From Rhynchopus sp. YZ270_cl-10 (lineage: Eukaryota), in contig OZ037836.1 of NCBI GenBank assembly GCA_964035575.1, forward strand, positions 2,046,001-2,110,000: a stretch of 64,000 nucleotides of DNA. The letters run 5' to 3'. Within the stretch, counting starts at the first letter, position 1. Every line of letters starts with the position of its first letter. Below the pieces are notes generated by a model. That model saw nothing but the letters and a program-made list of their open reading frames with translations. It searched no databases and had not been told where the DNA came from. The translations under genes were made by a program, and so were the position numbers. Below are positions 12,895 through 24,089 of the stretch, one piece after another.

Positions 12895-14157
12895 ATGGAC
12901 GTAACCATCAAGGGGTACGACGACAACTTGTTCATGATCGAGGTGGGTGTGGATGACACAACGGAGACGATGCGGCAGAAGGTGGCGTCTGCAGTGGGGT
13001 TGGCTGAGGACAGCTTCCACATGGGCTTCGGAGGGAAGGACGAAGGAGAGGACATCACGCAGCTGAGTGCTGGAGACACAATCATCCTCACGAAAACTAC
13101 GAAGTACGCAGCCCGAGCAGAGCTTCACGCGTTGGGTGAGACGGACATCACTGCAGAGCGGTTGGAGGACGTGGAGGATCCTGAGGTGGCGTGTTTGCTT
13201 CTGCAGGCGGAGGTTGCGACTGTCATTCCGGATAAGTTCTTGTCGGGTTCATCGTTTACGAGACTTGATCTGAGTGCTGTGTCGTGTGTGACGGAGGTTG
13301 GTGATAGCTTTTTGTACAGTTGTACAACGTTGACAAGCATCGACCTGTCTGGGTTGAGCAACGTGACGCGCATCGGTAGCTACTTTCTCTCCGACTGCAA
13401 AGGCTTAACCACTCTGGATCTTCCGCCACTCAGCAACTTGACGCACATCGGTGAAGGCTTTCTTGACGGCTGCAAAGGCTTAACCACTGTGGATCTTTCG
13501 CCATTCAGCAACTTGACCCGCATCGAGAGCTACTTTCTCTACGACTGCGAAGGCTTAACTACTCTGGATCTTTCACCACTCGGCAACGTGACAGAAATCG
13601 GTAAAGGCTTTCTCGACGGCTGCGATGGCTTAACCGCTCTGGATCTTAGACCACTCAGCAACGTGACAGAAATCGATGGCAACTTTCTCAGAGGCTGCGA
13701 AGGTTTAACCACTCTGGATCTTTCTCCACTCAGCAACTTGACGCGCATCACTAGAGGCTTTCTCGAGGGCTGCGAAGGCTTAACCACTCTGGATATTTCT
13801 CCACTCAGCAACTTGACGCACATCGATAGCTACTTTCTCACCGTCTGCAAGGGCTTAACCACTCTGGATCTTTCTCCACTCAGCAACTTGACAGAAATCA
13901 GTGAAGGCTTTCTCGACGAGTGCGAAGGCTTAACCACTCTGGATCTTTCTCCACTCAGCAGGGTTACGTTTGTTGGTTGCCAATTTCTTACGAACTGCAC
14001 TTCGTTGAAGAGTATTTACCTTACCGGCTGCAGCAGTGCTGTGTCAGACGCAGTAGTGAAGTGCGAGCTGAAGAAGCTTGTGGTTGAAGCATGTCCGAAA
14101 CGCAGCAGAGACGAATCCCCCGAGCAAGCACACAAACGGCAGAGACACGCACAATGA
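12895..14157 (+). CDS. UBL-LRR protein, family A (NLS-like tail), 420 aa
   Basis: N-terminal ubiquitin-like MDVTIKGYDDNLFMIEVGVDDT...; 25-aa LRRs LTTLDLSPLSN(L/V)TxIxxxFLxxCxG; C-terminus PKRSRDESPEQAHKRQRHAQ. Confidence 0.93.
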   Translation: MDVTIKGYDDNLFMIEVGVDDTTETMRQKVASAVGLAEDSFHMGFGGKDEGEDITQLSAGDTIILTKTTKYAARAELHALGETDITAERLEDVEDPEVACLLLQAEVATVIPDKFLSGSSFTRLDLSAVSCVTEVGDSFLYSCTTLTSIDLSGLSNVTRIGSYFLSDCKGLTTLDLPPLSNLTHIGEGFLDGCKGLTTVDLSPFSNLTRIESYFLYDCEGLTTLDLSPLGNVTEIGKGFLDGCDGLTALDLRPLSNVTEIDGNFLRGCEGLTTLDLSPLSNLTRITRGFLEGCEGLTTLDISPLSNLTHIDSYFLTVCKGLTTLDLSPLSNLTEISEGFLDECEGLTTLDLSPLSRVTFVGCQFLTNCTSLKSIYLTGCSSAVSDAVVKCELKKLVVEACPKRSRDESPEQAHKRQRHAQ

Positions 14158-15186
14158 CGATGAGGTGTGCTGCATAACGGGCTTCCTCAAGTCGCTCTTC
14201 CAACCAAAGCAGACATGGTGGCAGTTTAGTGAGGACACATCAGTTGGCAAATGTTTGTTTAATGTTTATGAGTGTAGCATCGGTTTGTAATGTGGTCCAC
14301 ATTTTTGTGGGAATTGTCAAGATCTTGATCACAAAGATGAAGATTTGGGCTGTGTGGAATGTTTGTCTTCTTTGCCTTGTCGGGTGTGTGCACTGTATGT
14401 GAAACAACTGTGGCTCTGCAGGTACATGCTCTGATGTCTATTCAGTGTGGTGTGTTGTGGTTTTGTTATGTTCTGTTATGTTTAGTTCATTTTAAAGCAT
14501 ATTCGGGGATGGTACATGGGGACAGGAAGGGTAACAAACAAGGTGGTCGCCCTTCTTTATTAGCACGCCATATGTTAGGGTTTTGTGCATTGCTTCTTTC
14601 ATTTGTTTTGCAGTCAGGCCAGCTTACTGCATGGGAGGGCTGCCACATCCAGGGGTGAGATGTGCTGCCTGTAAATGACTTCTCGAGTCCGCGAAGTGCA
14701 TTCATTTTGCAACTCCAACAGATGCAGAAGGAATGTGGGGGAGGACCTGGCACAGCACATGAACATCTGTACAGATGCTGTCACAAATATTCGGACAAAA
14801 ACAAAACAAAAGACCTCTCCCCTTGCAACTGTTTGTTGTCTCTTGCGTACTCTTACCCCCAATTGAAAACACCTGCACAAAACAGAGAGACACAAAACCA
14901 TGGAAATATGTGTGAAGAGCTTTGACGGAGAGAAGTACACAGTCGAGGTGGGTGTGGATGATACAACTGCGGACATACGGCGGAAGGTGGCGTCTGCAGC
15001 AGAGTTGTGCGAAGACGGCTTTGACATGAGCTTCGGAGAGAAGCTGCTGGCCGAAGGAGACGACACGACGCAGCTGAGTGCTGGGGACACAGTTGTGCTG
15101 ACGAAGACGAAGTCGCAGAAGGACGACGCCATTGCAGCTCTTCGTGACTTGGGTGAGACAAGGCTGACGTCAGAGAGGTTCGAAGG

Positions 15187-15253
15187 TGGGGTTTTACCGA
15201 GCACCTCCACGAGGTGACCCCGGGCAACGCAGTGGACTGCGGCAAAGACTCGG
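15187..15253 (+). ncRNA. Putative HDV-like self-cleaving ribozyme
   Basis: Manual fold: P1 15187-15193/15216-15222; P2 15197-15202/15247-15253 (bulged A); P3 ACC/GGU; L3 UCCACGA; P1.1 CC/GG; P4 CGCAG-UGGA-CUGCG; J4/2 GCAAA with candidate catalytic C15243. Confidence 0.8.
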
Positions 15254-17931
15254 AACAAGAAGAAAAAGAAGAACAACATCTGAAGTGCCTCATGGAATAC
15301 GAGGACCGCTAACTTCGCGACATGGTAGCTTTTTACGTGCTAGCCGAAGCCTGAACCCAAGACCTCCCTAGTAGGGGGGGCGCGTGATCACTCAGCAGTC
15401 AAACAACAACATTTGAAAGACCTCATGGAATACGAGGACCGCTAACTTCGACGACATGGTAGCTTTTACGTGCAAGCCGAAGCATGAACCTAAGACCTCC
15501 CTAGTAGGGGGGGCGCGTGATCACTCAGCAGACAAACTACATCATCAGAAATGCCTCATGGAATACGAGGACCGCTAACTTCGGCGACATGGTAGCTTTT
15601 ACGTGCAAGCCGAAGCCTGAACCTAAGACCTCCCTAGTAGGGGGGGCGCGTGATCACTCAGCAGTCAAACAACAACATCTGAAAGACCTCATGGAATACG
15701 AGGACCGCTAACTTCGACGACATGGTAGCTTTTACGTGCTAGCCGAAGCATGAACCTAAGACCTCCCTAGTAGGGGGGGCGCGTGATCACTCAGCAGACA
15801 AACTACAACATCTGAAAGACCTCATGGAATACGAGGACCGCTAACTTCGACGACATGGTAGCTTTTACGTGCAAGCCGAAGCATGAACCTAAGACCTCCC
15901 TAGTAGGGGGGGCGCGTGATCACTCAGCAGACAAACAACAACATCTGAAAGACCTCATGGAATACGAGGACCGCTAACTTCGACGACATGGTAGCTTTTA
16001 CGTGCTAGCCGAAGCATGAACCTAAGACCTCCCTAGTAGGGGGGGGCGCGTGATCACTCAGCAGACAAACAACAACATCTGAAAGACCTCATGGAATACG
16101 AGGACCGCTAACTTCGGCGACATGGTAGTTCTTTACGTGCAAGCCGAAGCATGAACCTAAGACCTCCCTAGTAGGGGGGGCGCGTGATCACTCAGCAGAC
16201 AAACAACAACATCTGAAAGACCTCATGGAATACGAGGACCGCTAACTTCGACGACATGGTAGCTTTTACGTGCTAGCCGAAGCATGAACCTAAGACCTCC
16301 CTAGTAGGGGGGGGCGCGTGATCACTCAGCAGACAAACAACAACATCTGAAAGACCTCATGGAATACGAGGACCGCTAACTTCGGCGACATGGTAGTTCT
16401 TTACGTGCAAGCCGAAGCATGAACCTAAGACCTCCCTAGTAGGGGGGGCGCGTGATCACTCAGCAGACAAACAACAACATCTGAAAGACCTCATGGAATA
16501 CGAGGACCGCTAACTTCGACGACATGGTAGCTTTTACGTGCTAGCCGAAGCATGAACCTAAGACCTCCCTAGTAGGGGGGGGCGCGTGATCACTCAGCAG
16601 ACAAACAACAACATCTGAAAGACCTCATGGAATACGAGGACCGCTAACTTCGACGACATGGTAGCTTTTACGTGCAAGCCGAAGCATGAACCTAAGACCT
16701 CCCTAGTAGGGGGGGCGCGTGATCACTCAGCAGACAAACTACATCAGAAATGCCTCATGGAATACGAGGACCGCTAACTTCGACGACATGGTAGCTTTTA
16801 CGTGCTAGCCGAAGCATGAACCTAAGACCTCCCTAGTAGGGGGGGGCGCGTGATCACTCAGCAGTCAAACAACAACATCTGAAAGACCTCATGGAATACG
16901 AGGACCGCTAACTTCGACGACATGGTAGCTTTTTTCGTGCAAGCCGAAGCATGAACCTAAGACCTCCCTAGTAGGGGGGGCGCGTGATCACTCAGCAGTC
17001 AAACAACAACATCTGAAAGACCTCATGGAATACGAGGACCGCTAACTTCGGCGACATGGTAGCTTTTTTCGTGCAAGCCGAAGCATGAACCTAAGACCTC
17101 CCTAGTAGGGGGGGCGCGTGATCACTCAGCAGTCAAACAACAACATCTGAAAGACCTCATGGAATACGAGGACCGCTAACTTCGGCGACATGGTAGCTTT
17201 TTTCGTGCAAGCCGAAGCATGAACCTAAGACCTCCCTAGTAGGGGGGGCGCGTGATCACTCAGCAGACAAACAACATCATCAGAAATGCCTCATGGAATA
17301 CGAGGACCGCTAACTTCGACTACATGGTAGTTCTTTACGTGCAAGCCGAAGCCTGAACCTAAGACCTCCCTAGTAGGGGGGGCGCGTGATCACTCAGCAG
17401 TCAAACAACAACATCTGAAAGACCTCATGGAATACGAGGACCGCTAACTTCGGCGACATGGTAGCTTTTACGTGCTAGCCGAAGCATGAACCTAAGACCT
17501 CCCTAGTAGGGGGGGCGCGTGATCACTCAGCAGACAAACTACAACATCAGAAACGATGCCCATGGAATATGAGGCAATTCTTAGTATTTTACCTTTTTCG
17601 TGTATTTCAATCTTGGTCAACGACATTCTTGTTTTTAAAACATTGTTTTTCAGTTACTATAGCGACGCGTAAGCCCAAATGGCTCTGTTGCTGTTCATTG
17701 CTTTTCCTTTTCAAGTTGATACAAGATTTTTTATTTTATTTTAAGTTGGTTCAGCCTCGCGTCAGCCCATTGGCGCTGTCGCTGAACCCAAACATTTTCC
17801 TTTTCTTTGTTCGGTTTTTGGCCCGTGAGACCCAGTGTTACTGCAATACTGGGTTCGCGAGCCTGAAGCCAGGGGTGGCTGCATTCCTTTTCGGACCGGG
17901 GTGCTCCATCCTATTTTTAAAAAACGTTTAC
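15188..17931 (+). mobile_element. Non-autonomous retroposon-like insertion with 5' HDV-like ribozyme and internal tandem array
   Basis: 20-bp TSD CGTCAGAGAGGTTCGAAGGT at 15168-15187 and 17932-17951; no TIR; no credible ORF. Confidence 0.85.
15272..17570. repeat. Tandem array, ~17 copies of a ~133-bp unit
   Basis: CTCATGGAATACGAGGACC recurs at 15289, 15422, 15555, 15688, 15821 ... 17424. Confidence 0.97.
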
Positions 17932-19178
17932 CGTCAGAGAGGTTCGAAGGTCTTGCAGATCCCAAGCTGGTTCATTTGTTTCTGCAGGCGGAGGTTGTTA
18001 CTGAGATCCCCGATGAATTATTGCGAGGGGTCGTGTTCTCAGAACTTGATCTCAGTGGTGTGTCAGGTGTTACCTGTGTAGGTTACAACTTCCTCCAATA
18101 CTGCCCTTCATTGCACACAGCTGACTTATCTGGGTGGAACAATGTGACGCGGGTTGGGCACTCTTTTCTCTCCATCTGCAGCACATTGCGAAGCCTTGAC
18201 TTGTCTGGGTGGAACACTGTGACGCACGTAGGAGACTTCTTTCTCTGCAACTGCACCTCATTGACCACACTGGATATTTCAGGGTGGAACAATGTGACGC
18301 ATGTTGGGACCTGTTTCCTCACCAAATGCACTTCATTGCAAACCCTTGACCTATCTGGGTTAACGACTGTTCAGCACATTGGGACAGGCTTCCTGTATGG
18401 ATGCAAAATACGTACAAGCAGCATCAACGTCACCGGATCGAGCAGTGTTGTGTCAGAATATGTGCAGAGTCGTAACCTCGTGGATAAAATCAAGCACCAA
18501 TGTGTGTGCATGTGAGGCATGTGCATCTTTCGAGAGGCTAGGTACTCATTGCGATGTTCAGAGAACGAATTTTACATTGCACGTTGCACTTTGCCCTTAC
18601 CAAAACTAACGTCGCTTTTGACCGTTCTTTTGCTTTCCCAAGCTTCAAAGGTTAAAAAGAACGAGCGAAGAATAAATCATAGCTGGTGATGTTTTATACC
18701 CGATTCTTTGCCTCCTCGCGTGCGTACAGTGCTGCAACCAAGCATGTTGTCGCAGCCAGTATTTTTGTGCACTATTTGGGTTGGACCCCTGTAGTCATGA
18801 TAAAAGCGATGACGCCATTGAGCGACTCATAGGCGCATGAGTGATAGACGTTGTCGCTGTGGTATCCCGCCTCGCAGAGGAAGGTGTTTTTGACACAGCA
18901 ACTTCGTGAGTTAGTATCGGTCTGTGAATCAAATTGAAAACGGCGTGTTTGCGCGTCATATCGCAGAGGATAGAGAAACTGAAAAGTATTGAAAATAACA
19001 GAAGTATGGTGCCAAGTTCACAAGGAACAGATAGTGGAGCACATCCTCTGTCCACATTACTATAACGAAGCTTTCAAAAACAAAACAAAAGACCTCTCCC
19101 CTTGTAACTGTTTGTTGTCTCTTGCGTACTCTCACCCCCAATTGAAAACACCTGCACAAAACAGAGAGACACAAAACC

Positions 19179-20105
19179 ATGGAAATATGTGTGAAGAGCT
19201 TTGACGGAGAGAAGTACACAGTCGAGGTGGGTGTGGATGATACAACTGCGGACATACGGCGGAAGGTGGCGACTGCAGCAGAGTTGTGCGAAGACGGCTT
19301 TGACATGAGCTTCGGAGAGAAGGTGCTGGCCGAAGGAGACTACATCACGCAGCTGAGTGCTGGGGACACAGTTGTGCTGACGAAGACGAAGTCGCAGAAG
19401 GACGACGCCATTGCAGCTCTTCGTGACTTGGGTGAGACAAGGCTGACGTCAGAGAGGTTCCAAGGTCTGAGAGATCCCAAGCTGGTTCATTTGTTTCTGC
19501 AGGCGGAAGTTGTGACTGAGATCCCCGATAAATTCTTGTCAGGTGGCACGTTCTCAGAACTTGATCTCAGTGGTGTGCCAGGTGTTACCTGTATAGGTTA
19601 CACCGTTTTCCAATTCTGCAGCGTATTGCACACCGCTGATTTATCTGGGTGGAGCAATGTGACGTACATTGGGATGTACTTCCTCTCCATCTGCAGCACA
19701 TTGCGAACCCTTGACTTGTCTGGGTGGAACAATGTGAGGCACGTAGGGGACTTCTTCCTCTGCAACTGCACCTCATTGACCACACTGGATATTTCTGGGT
19801 GGAACAGTGTGACGCGGGTTGGTGATTACTTTCTCTCCAACTGCACCTCATTGACCACGCTGGATATTTCTGGGTGGAACAATGTGACGCATGTTGGGAT
19901 ATGTTTCCTCACCAAATGTACTTCATTGCAAACCCTTGACTTATCTGGGTTGACGACTGTTCAGCACATTGAGGAAGGCTTCCTAAAAGGATGTAAAATA
20001 CCCACAAGCAGCATCAACGTCACGGGATCGAGCAGTGTTGTGTCAGAATATGTGCAGAGCCCTAACCTCGTGGACAAAATCAAGCACAAATGTGTGTGCA
20101 TGTGA
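19179..20105 (+). CDS. UBL-LRR-CaaX protein, family B, 308 aa
   Basis: MEICVKSFDGEKYTVEV UBL; 25-aa LRRs LTTLDISGWNNVTxxxxxFLxxCTS; ends KIKHKCVCM. Confidence 0.93.
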   Translation: MEICVKSFDGEKYTVEVGVDDTTADIRRKVATAAELCEDGFDMSFGEKVLAEGDYITQLSAGDTVVLTKTKSQKDDAIAALRDLGETRLTSERFQGLRDPKLVHLFLQAEVVTEIPDKFLSGGTFSELDLSGVPGVTCIGYTVFQFCSVLHTADLSGWSNVTYIGMYFLSICSTLRTLDLSGWNNVRHVGDFFLCNCTSLTTLDISGWNSVTRVGDYFLSNCTSLTTLDISGWNNVTHVGICFLTKCTSLQTLDLSGLTTVQHIEEGFLKGCKIPTSSINVTGSSSVVSEYVQSPNLVDKIKHKCVCM

Positions 20106-20245
20106 GGCATGTGCATCTTTCGAGAGGCTAGACGCTCATTGCGATGTTCAGAGAAGGACTTTTACATTGCACGTTGCACTTTGCCCTTACCAGAGCTAGC
20201 CTCGCTTTTGACCGTTCTTTTGCTTTCCGAACCCTCAAGGCTTAA

Positions 20246-21455
20246 CCCTTTAAGGACCGTTCAGGTTTTTGGATTTTGGGGGTCAACTCTCCCCCGGCAG
20301 TAAAATATTAAGTGATAATTTTTTTTGACCAAATCTGGCGGCATTTGAAAGATTTTGCACAAATCTTTCCAACGGAATCAAAAAATCGAAAAATCGAAAA
20401 TCATCTATTTTTTTTAGAGTGGTGCGAGACTTTTATTTTTGAGATTTTTTCTGAACAAAAAAATTTATTGATAAACTCCCCGACATTATTTCAACTCGAA
20501 AACGGCGTATTTTGAAAGATCTGTTCAAAATCTTTGAAAATAAAAAAAAATTCGATAAGAAAGTCGGAGTAGAAATTTTCTGAAACAGCTGCACAAGGTT
20601 AGCAGCAATATTGAAATACATGAGTTGTTAAAGATTTGCCTTAAACACGTGTATATCTGTAAGAAACAGTACAAAAAGTGATCAAACCTCTTCCCATTCC
20701 TCACCTTCCTTCTCTTTGGAGCTTCTGGAGTATCCGGAAGCGTCACAAAAAGCGATGACCGTGTTCCCGGCATTGCCGATGCTCGCGTTGTCCACCTGTT
20801 CTCAGCAATAAGCTGCTTCGCCAGTTCACACTTGAACACACTAAGCGATACCTTCTGTTGCTGAGAGCGTTGCAGAGGGAGAAGGCATTCTGCGCGGACT
20901 CCAAGAAATACCAAAACACTTTCGGTACCAAACTTTAGTCTTGAAGTCCCGGCAGGCTAGCGCTGGTCCGACCGATCGATCCCTCCCATGTGGGAGTTGA
21001 AGACATGTCGAAGACATTATCCGTGGGTGAAAATGGGGGAAATCCCAAAGTGAAATGGTACCCCTAACCCCTCCTGTTGATGAGGCTGACATATGGGTAT
21101 GTCAAAATAAATTTATTTTTGCTTCTTTGGAAAGATTTGTCACAAAATCTTCCAAAGAACCAAAAATCAATTAGAAATCCGTAGTGGACACCCTCTAAAA
21201 TTTTTTTGTGATTTGAAGTGCCTCCGATCCGTAAAAATCCGAAAAATCCCAACAAAAGTGAAATAGTACCCCAAATCTCTCCTGTCGGTGATGGTGCTGG
21301 GGGGTGTCAAAAAAAATCAAAACTTGCGTATTTTGAAAGATTTGCAACAAATCTTTCCAAAGAAGAAAAAATCGATTTGAAATATGAAGTAGACATATCC
21401 TTAGGTATTTACGTGACCTTGAAGTGGCAATGGATTGCCTATGGTCCTTAAAGGG
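20246..21455 (-). mobile_element. Internally deleted piggyBac element
   Basis: 13-bp TIR CCCTTTAAGGACC; TTAA on both sides; empty TTAA site in paralogous 3' flanks (~23299); minus-strand frameshifted remnants WYRK/VFWYFLESAQNAFSL/SLSVFKCELAKQLI resemble a piggyBac transposase C-terminus. Confidence 0.9.
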
Positions 21456-22187
21456 TTAATGGAACGAGCGAAGAATAAAACATAGCTGGTGATGTTTTAT
21501 ACCCAATTCTTTGCCTCCTCGCGTGCGTACAGTGCTGCAACCAAGCATGTTGTTGTCGCAGCCAGTATTTTTGTGCATTATTTCCACCAACGTATTTTTG
21601 TGTTTTTTTACACGACCATTCTGTGCTAAGACCTAAGCCTGCTCGGTGGCCCCTGCACAACTTGCTTTGTGCCCATTGATCGTTCAAGGTTTCGTTTTTT
21701 GGTCCCAGAGTGGAAACAAAACAGCACCATTTCCCTCTACATTTTGTGTTCTCAGCTTTTTGTGTTGTGAGAGAAATGTGCAGGGTTGGACCCCTGTAGT
21801 CATGATAAAAGCGATGACGCCATTGAGCGACTCATAGGCGCATGAGTGATAGACGTTGTCGCTGTGGTATCCCGCCTCGCAGAGGAAGGTGTTTTTTGAC
21901 ACAGCAACTTCGTGAGTCAGTATCGGTCTGCGAATCTAATTGAAAACGGCGTGTTTGCGCGTCATATCGCAGAGGATAGAGAAACTGAAAAGTCATGAAA
22001 ATAACAAAAGTATGGTACCAAGTTCACAAGGAACACATAGTGGAGCACATTCTCGGGTGTCCCCACTAATGCAACGAAGTTTTCAAAAACAAAACAAAAG
22101 ACCTCTCCCCTTGTAACTGTTTGTTGTCTCTTGCGCACTCTCACCCCCAATTGAAAACACCTGCACAAAACAGAGAGACACAAAACC

Positions 22188-23171
22188 ATGGAAATATGTG
22201 TGAAGAGCTTTGACGGAGAGAAGTACACAGTCGAGGTGGGTGTGGATGATACAACTGCGGACATACGGCGGAAGGTGGCGACTGCAGCAGAGTTGTGCGA
22301 AGACGGCTTTGACATGAGCTTCGGAGAGAAGGTGCTGGCCGAAGGAGACTACATCACGCAGCTGAGTGCTGGGGACGCAGTTGTGCTGACGAAGACGAAG
22401 TCGCAGAAGGACGACGCCATTGCAGCTCTTCGTGACTTGGGTGAGACAAGGCTGACGTCAGAGAGGCTCGAAGGTCTGAGAGATCCCAAGCTGGTTCATT
22501 TGTTTCTGCAGGCGGAGGTTGTTACTGAGATCCCTCGTAGATGCTTGTCAGGTCGCACGTTCTCAGAACTTGATCTCAGTGGTGTGCCAGGTGTGACTGC
22601 AATAGGCGACTACGTCCTCCAAAACTGCACCTCATTGCACACTGCTGACTTATCTGGGTGGAGCAATGTAGGACTCCTGAAGAGTTTCTTCCTCTCCAAA
22701 TGCACTGCCTTGCGCACCCTTGACTTGTCTGGGTGGAACAATGTGAGGCACGTAGGGGACTTCTTCCTCATGAACTGCACCTCATTGACCACACTGGATA
22801 TTTCCGGGTGGAACAGTGTGACGCGGGTTGGTGATTACTTTCTCTCCAACTGCACCTCATTGACGACGCTGGATATTTCTGGGTGGAACAATGTGACACG
22901 GGTTGATATGTACTTTCTCTACCACTGCACCTCATTGACCACACTGGATATTTCTGGGTGGAACAATGTGACGCATGTTGGGACCTGCTTCCTCTCCAAA
23001 TGCACTGCATTGCGAACACTTGACTTATCTGGGTTGACGACTGTTCAGCACATTGGGAAAGGCTTCCTAAAAGGATGCAAAATACCCACAAGCAGCATCA
23101 ACATCACCGGATCGAGCAGTGTTGTGTCAGACAAAATGGACAAAATCAAGCACAAATGTGTGTGCATGTGA
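22188..23171 (+). CDS. UBL-LRR-CaaX protein, family B, 327 aa
   Basis: Same architecture; short tail SDKMDKIKHKCVCM. Confidence 0.93.
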   Translation: MEICVKSFDGEKYTVEVGVDDTTADIRRKVATAAELCEDGFDMSFGEKVLAEGDYITQLSAGDAVVLTKTKSQKDDAIAALRDLGETRLTSERLEGLRDPKLVHLFLQAEVVTEIPRRCLSGRTFSELDLSGVPGVTAIGDYVLQNCTSLHTADLSGWSNVGLLKSFFLSKCTALRTLDLSGWNNVRHVGDFFLMNCTSLTTLDISGWNSVTRVGDYFLSNCTSLTTLDISGWNNVTRVDMYFLYHCTSLTTLDISGWNNVTHVGTCFLSKCTALRTLDLSGLTTVQHIGKGFLKGCKIPTSSINITGSSSVVSDKMDKIKHKCVCM

Positions 23172-24089
23172 GGCATGTGCATCTTTCGAGAGGCTACGCT
23201 CATTGCGATGTTCAGGGAACGAATTTTACAGTGCACGTTGCGCTTTGCCCTTACCAGAGCTAGCCTCGCTTTTGACCATTCTTTCCCAAGCTTCAGGGTT
23301 AAAAAGAACGAGAAGAAAAAAAACAAAACTGGTGATGTTTTATACCCAATTCTTTGCCTCCTCGCGTGCGTACAGTGCTGCAACCAAGCATGTTGTCGTC
23401 GCAGCCAGTATTTTTGTGCATTATTTCCACCAACATATTTTTGTGTGTTTTTCTTCCACATGCGCTTGGTTTTTGTGTTCATTAATTTTTATCAAAAAGC
23501 TTTAGTTTCGACAGCGAAACGTTTCCCCATGTATTGCACGGGAAACAATATATATGACAAACAGGTGCAGGGTGGTTCCGTGCATATCATAGAACCCGGC
23601 ACATTTGAGTGTCTTCCAAAAACCAAAAGTGTTGTGTGTGAAGTTTTGAAGGAAGGAAAAATAAAAGTTGAGAGAGCAATGTGCAGGGTTGGACCCCTGT
23701 AGTCATGATAAAAGCGATGACGCCATTGAGCGACTCATAGGCGCATGAGTGATAGACGTTGTCGCTGTGGTATCCCGCCTCGCAGAGGAAGGTGTTTTTG
23801 ACACAGCAACTTCGTGAGTCAGTATCGGTCTGCGAATCAAATTGAAAACGGCGTGTTTGCGCGTCATATCGCAGAGGATAGAGAAACTGAAAAGTCTTGC
23901 AAATAACAAAAGTATGGTGCCAAGTTCACAAGGAACACATAGTGGAGCACATCCTCGGGTGTCCACACTAATACAACGAAGCTTTCAAAAACAAAACAAA
24001 AGACCTCTCCCCTTGCAACTGTTTGTTGTCTCTTGCGTACTCTCACCCCCAATTGAAAACACCTGCACAAAACAGAGAGACACAAAACC

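Larger units (their letters stand above)
14900..18515 (+). pseudogene. UBL-LRR-CaaX family B copy interrupted by a 2.7-kb insertion (otherwise intact, 283 aa)
   Basis: 14900-15187 plus 17952-18515 join in frame to a normal family-B protein ending KHQCVCM. Confidence 0.85.

Noticed and set aside
15272..17570. 133-bp array as a CRISPR array, SL RNA array or 5S array
   Set aside because: No unique spacers, no cas genes, eukaryotic context; I see no similarity to the euglenozoan spliced leader or 5S rRNA
15272..17570. Hammerhead ribozyme on the minus strand of the unit (CTGCTGA-GTGATCAC)
   Set aside because: Core deviates from CUGANGA and there is no GAAA after the stem
23175..23702. 175-aa ORF repeated at 27589
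   Set aside because: Duplicated 3' flank of the tandem unit; broken in other copies and has non-coding composition
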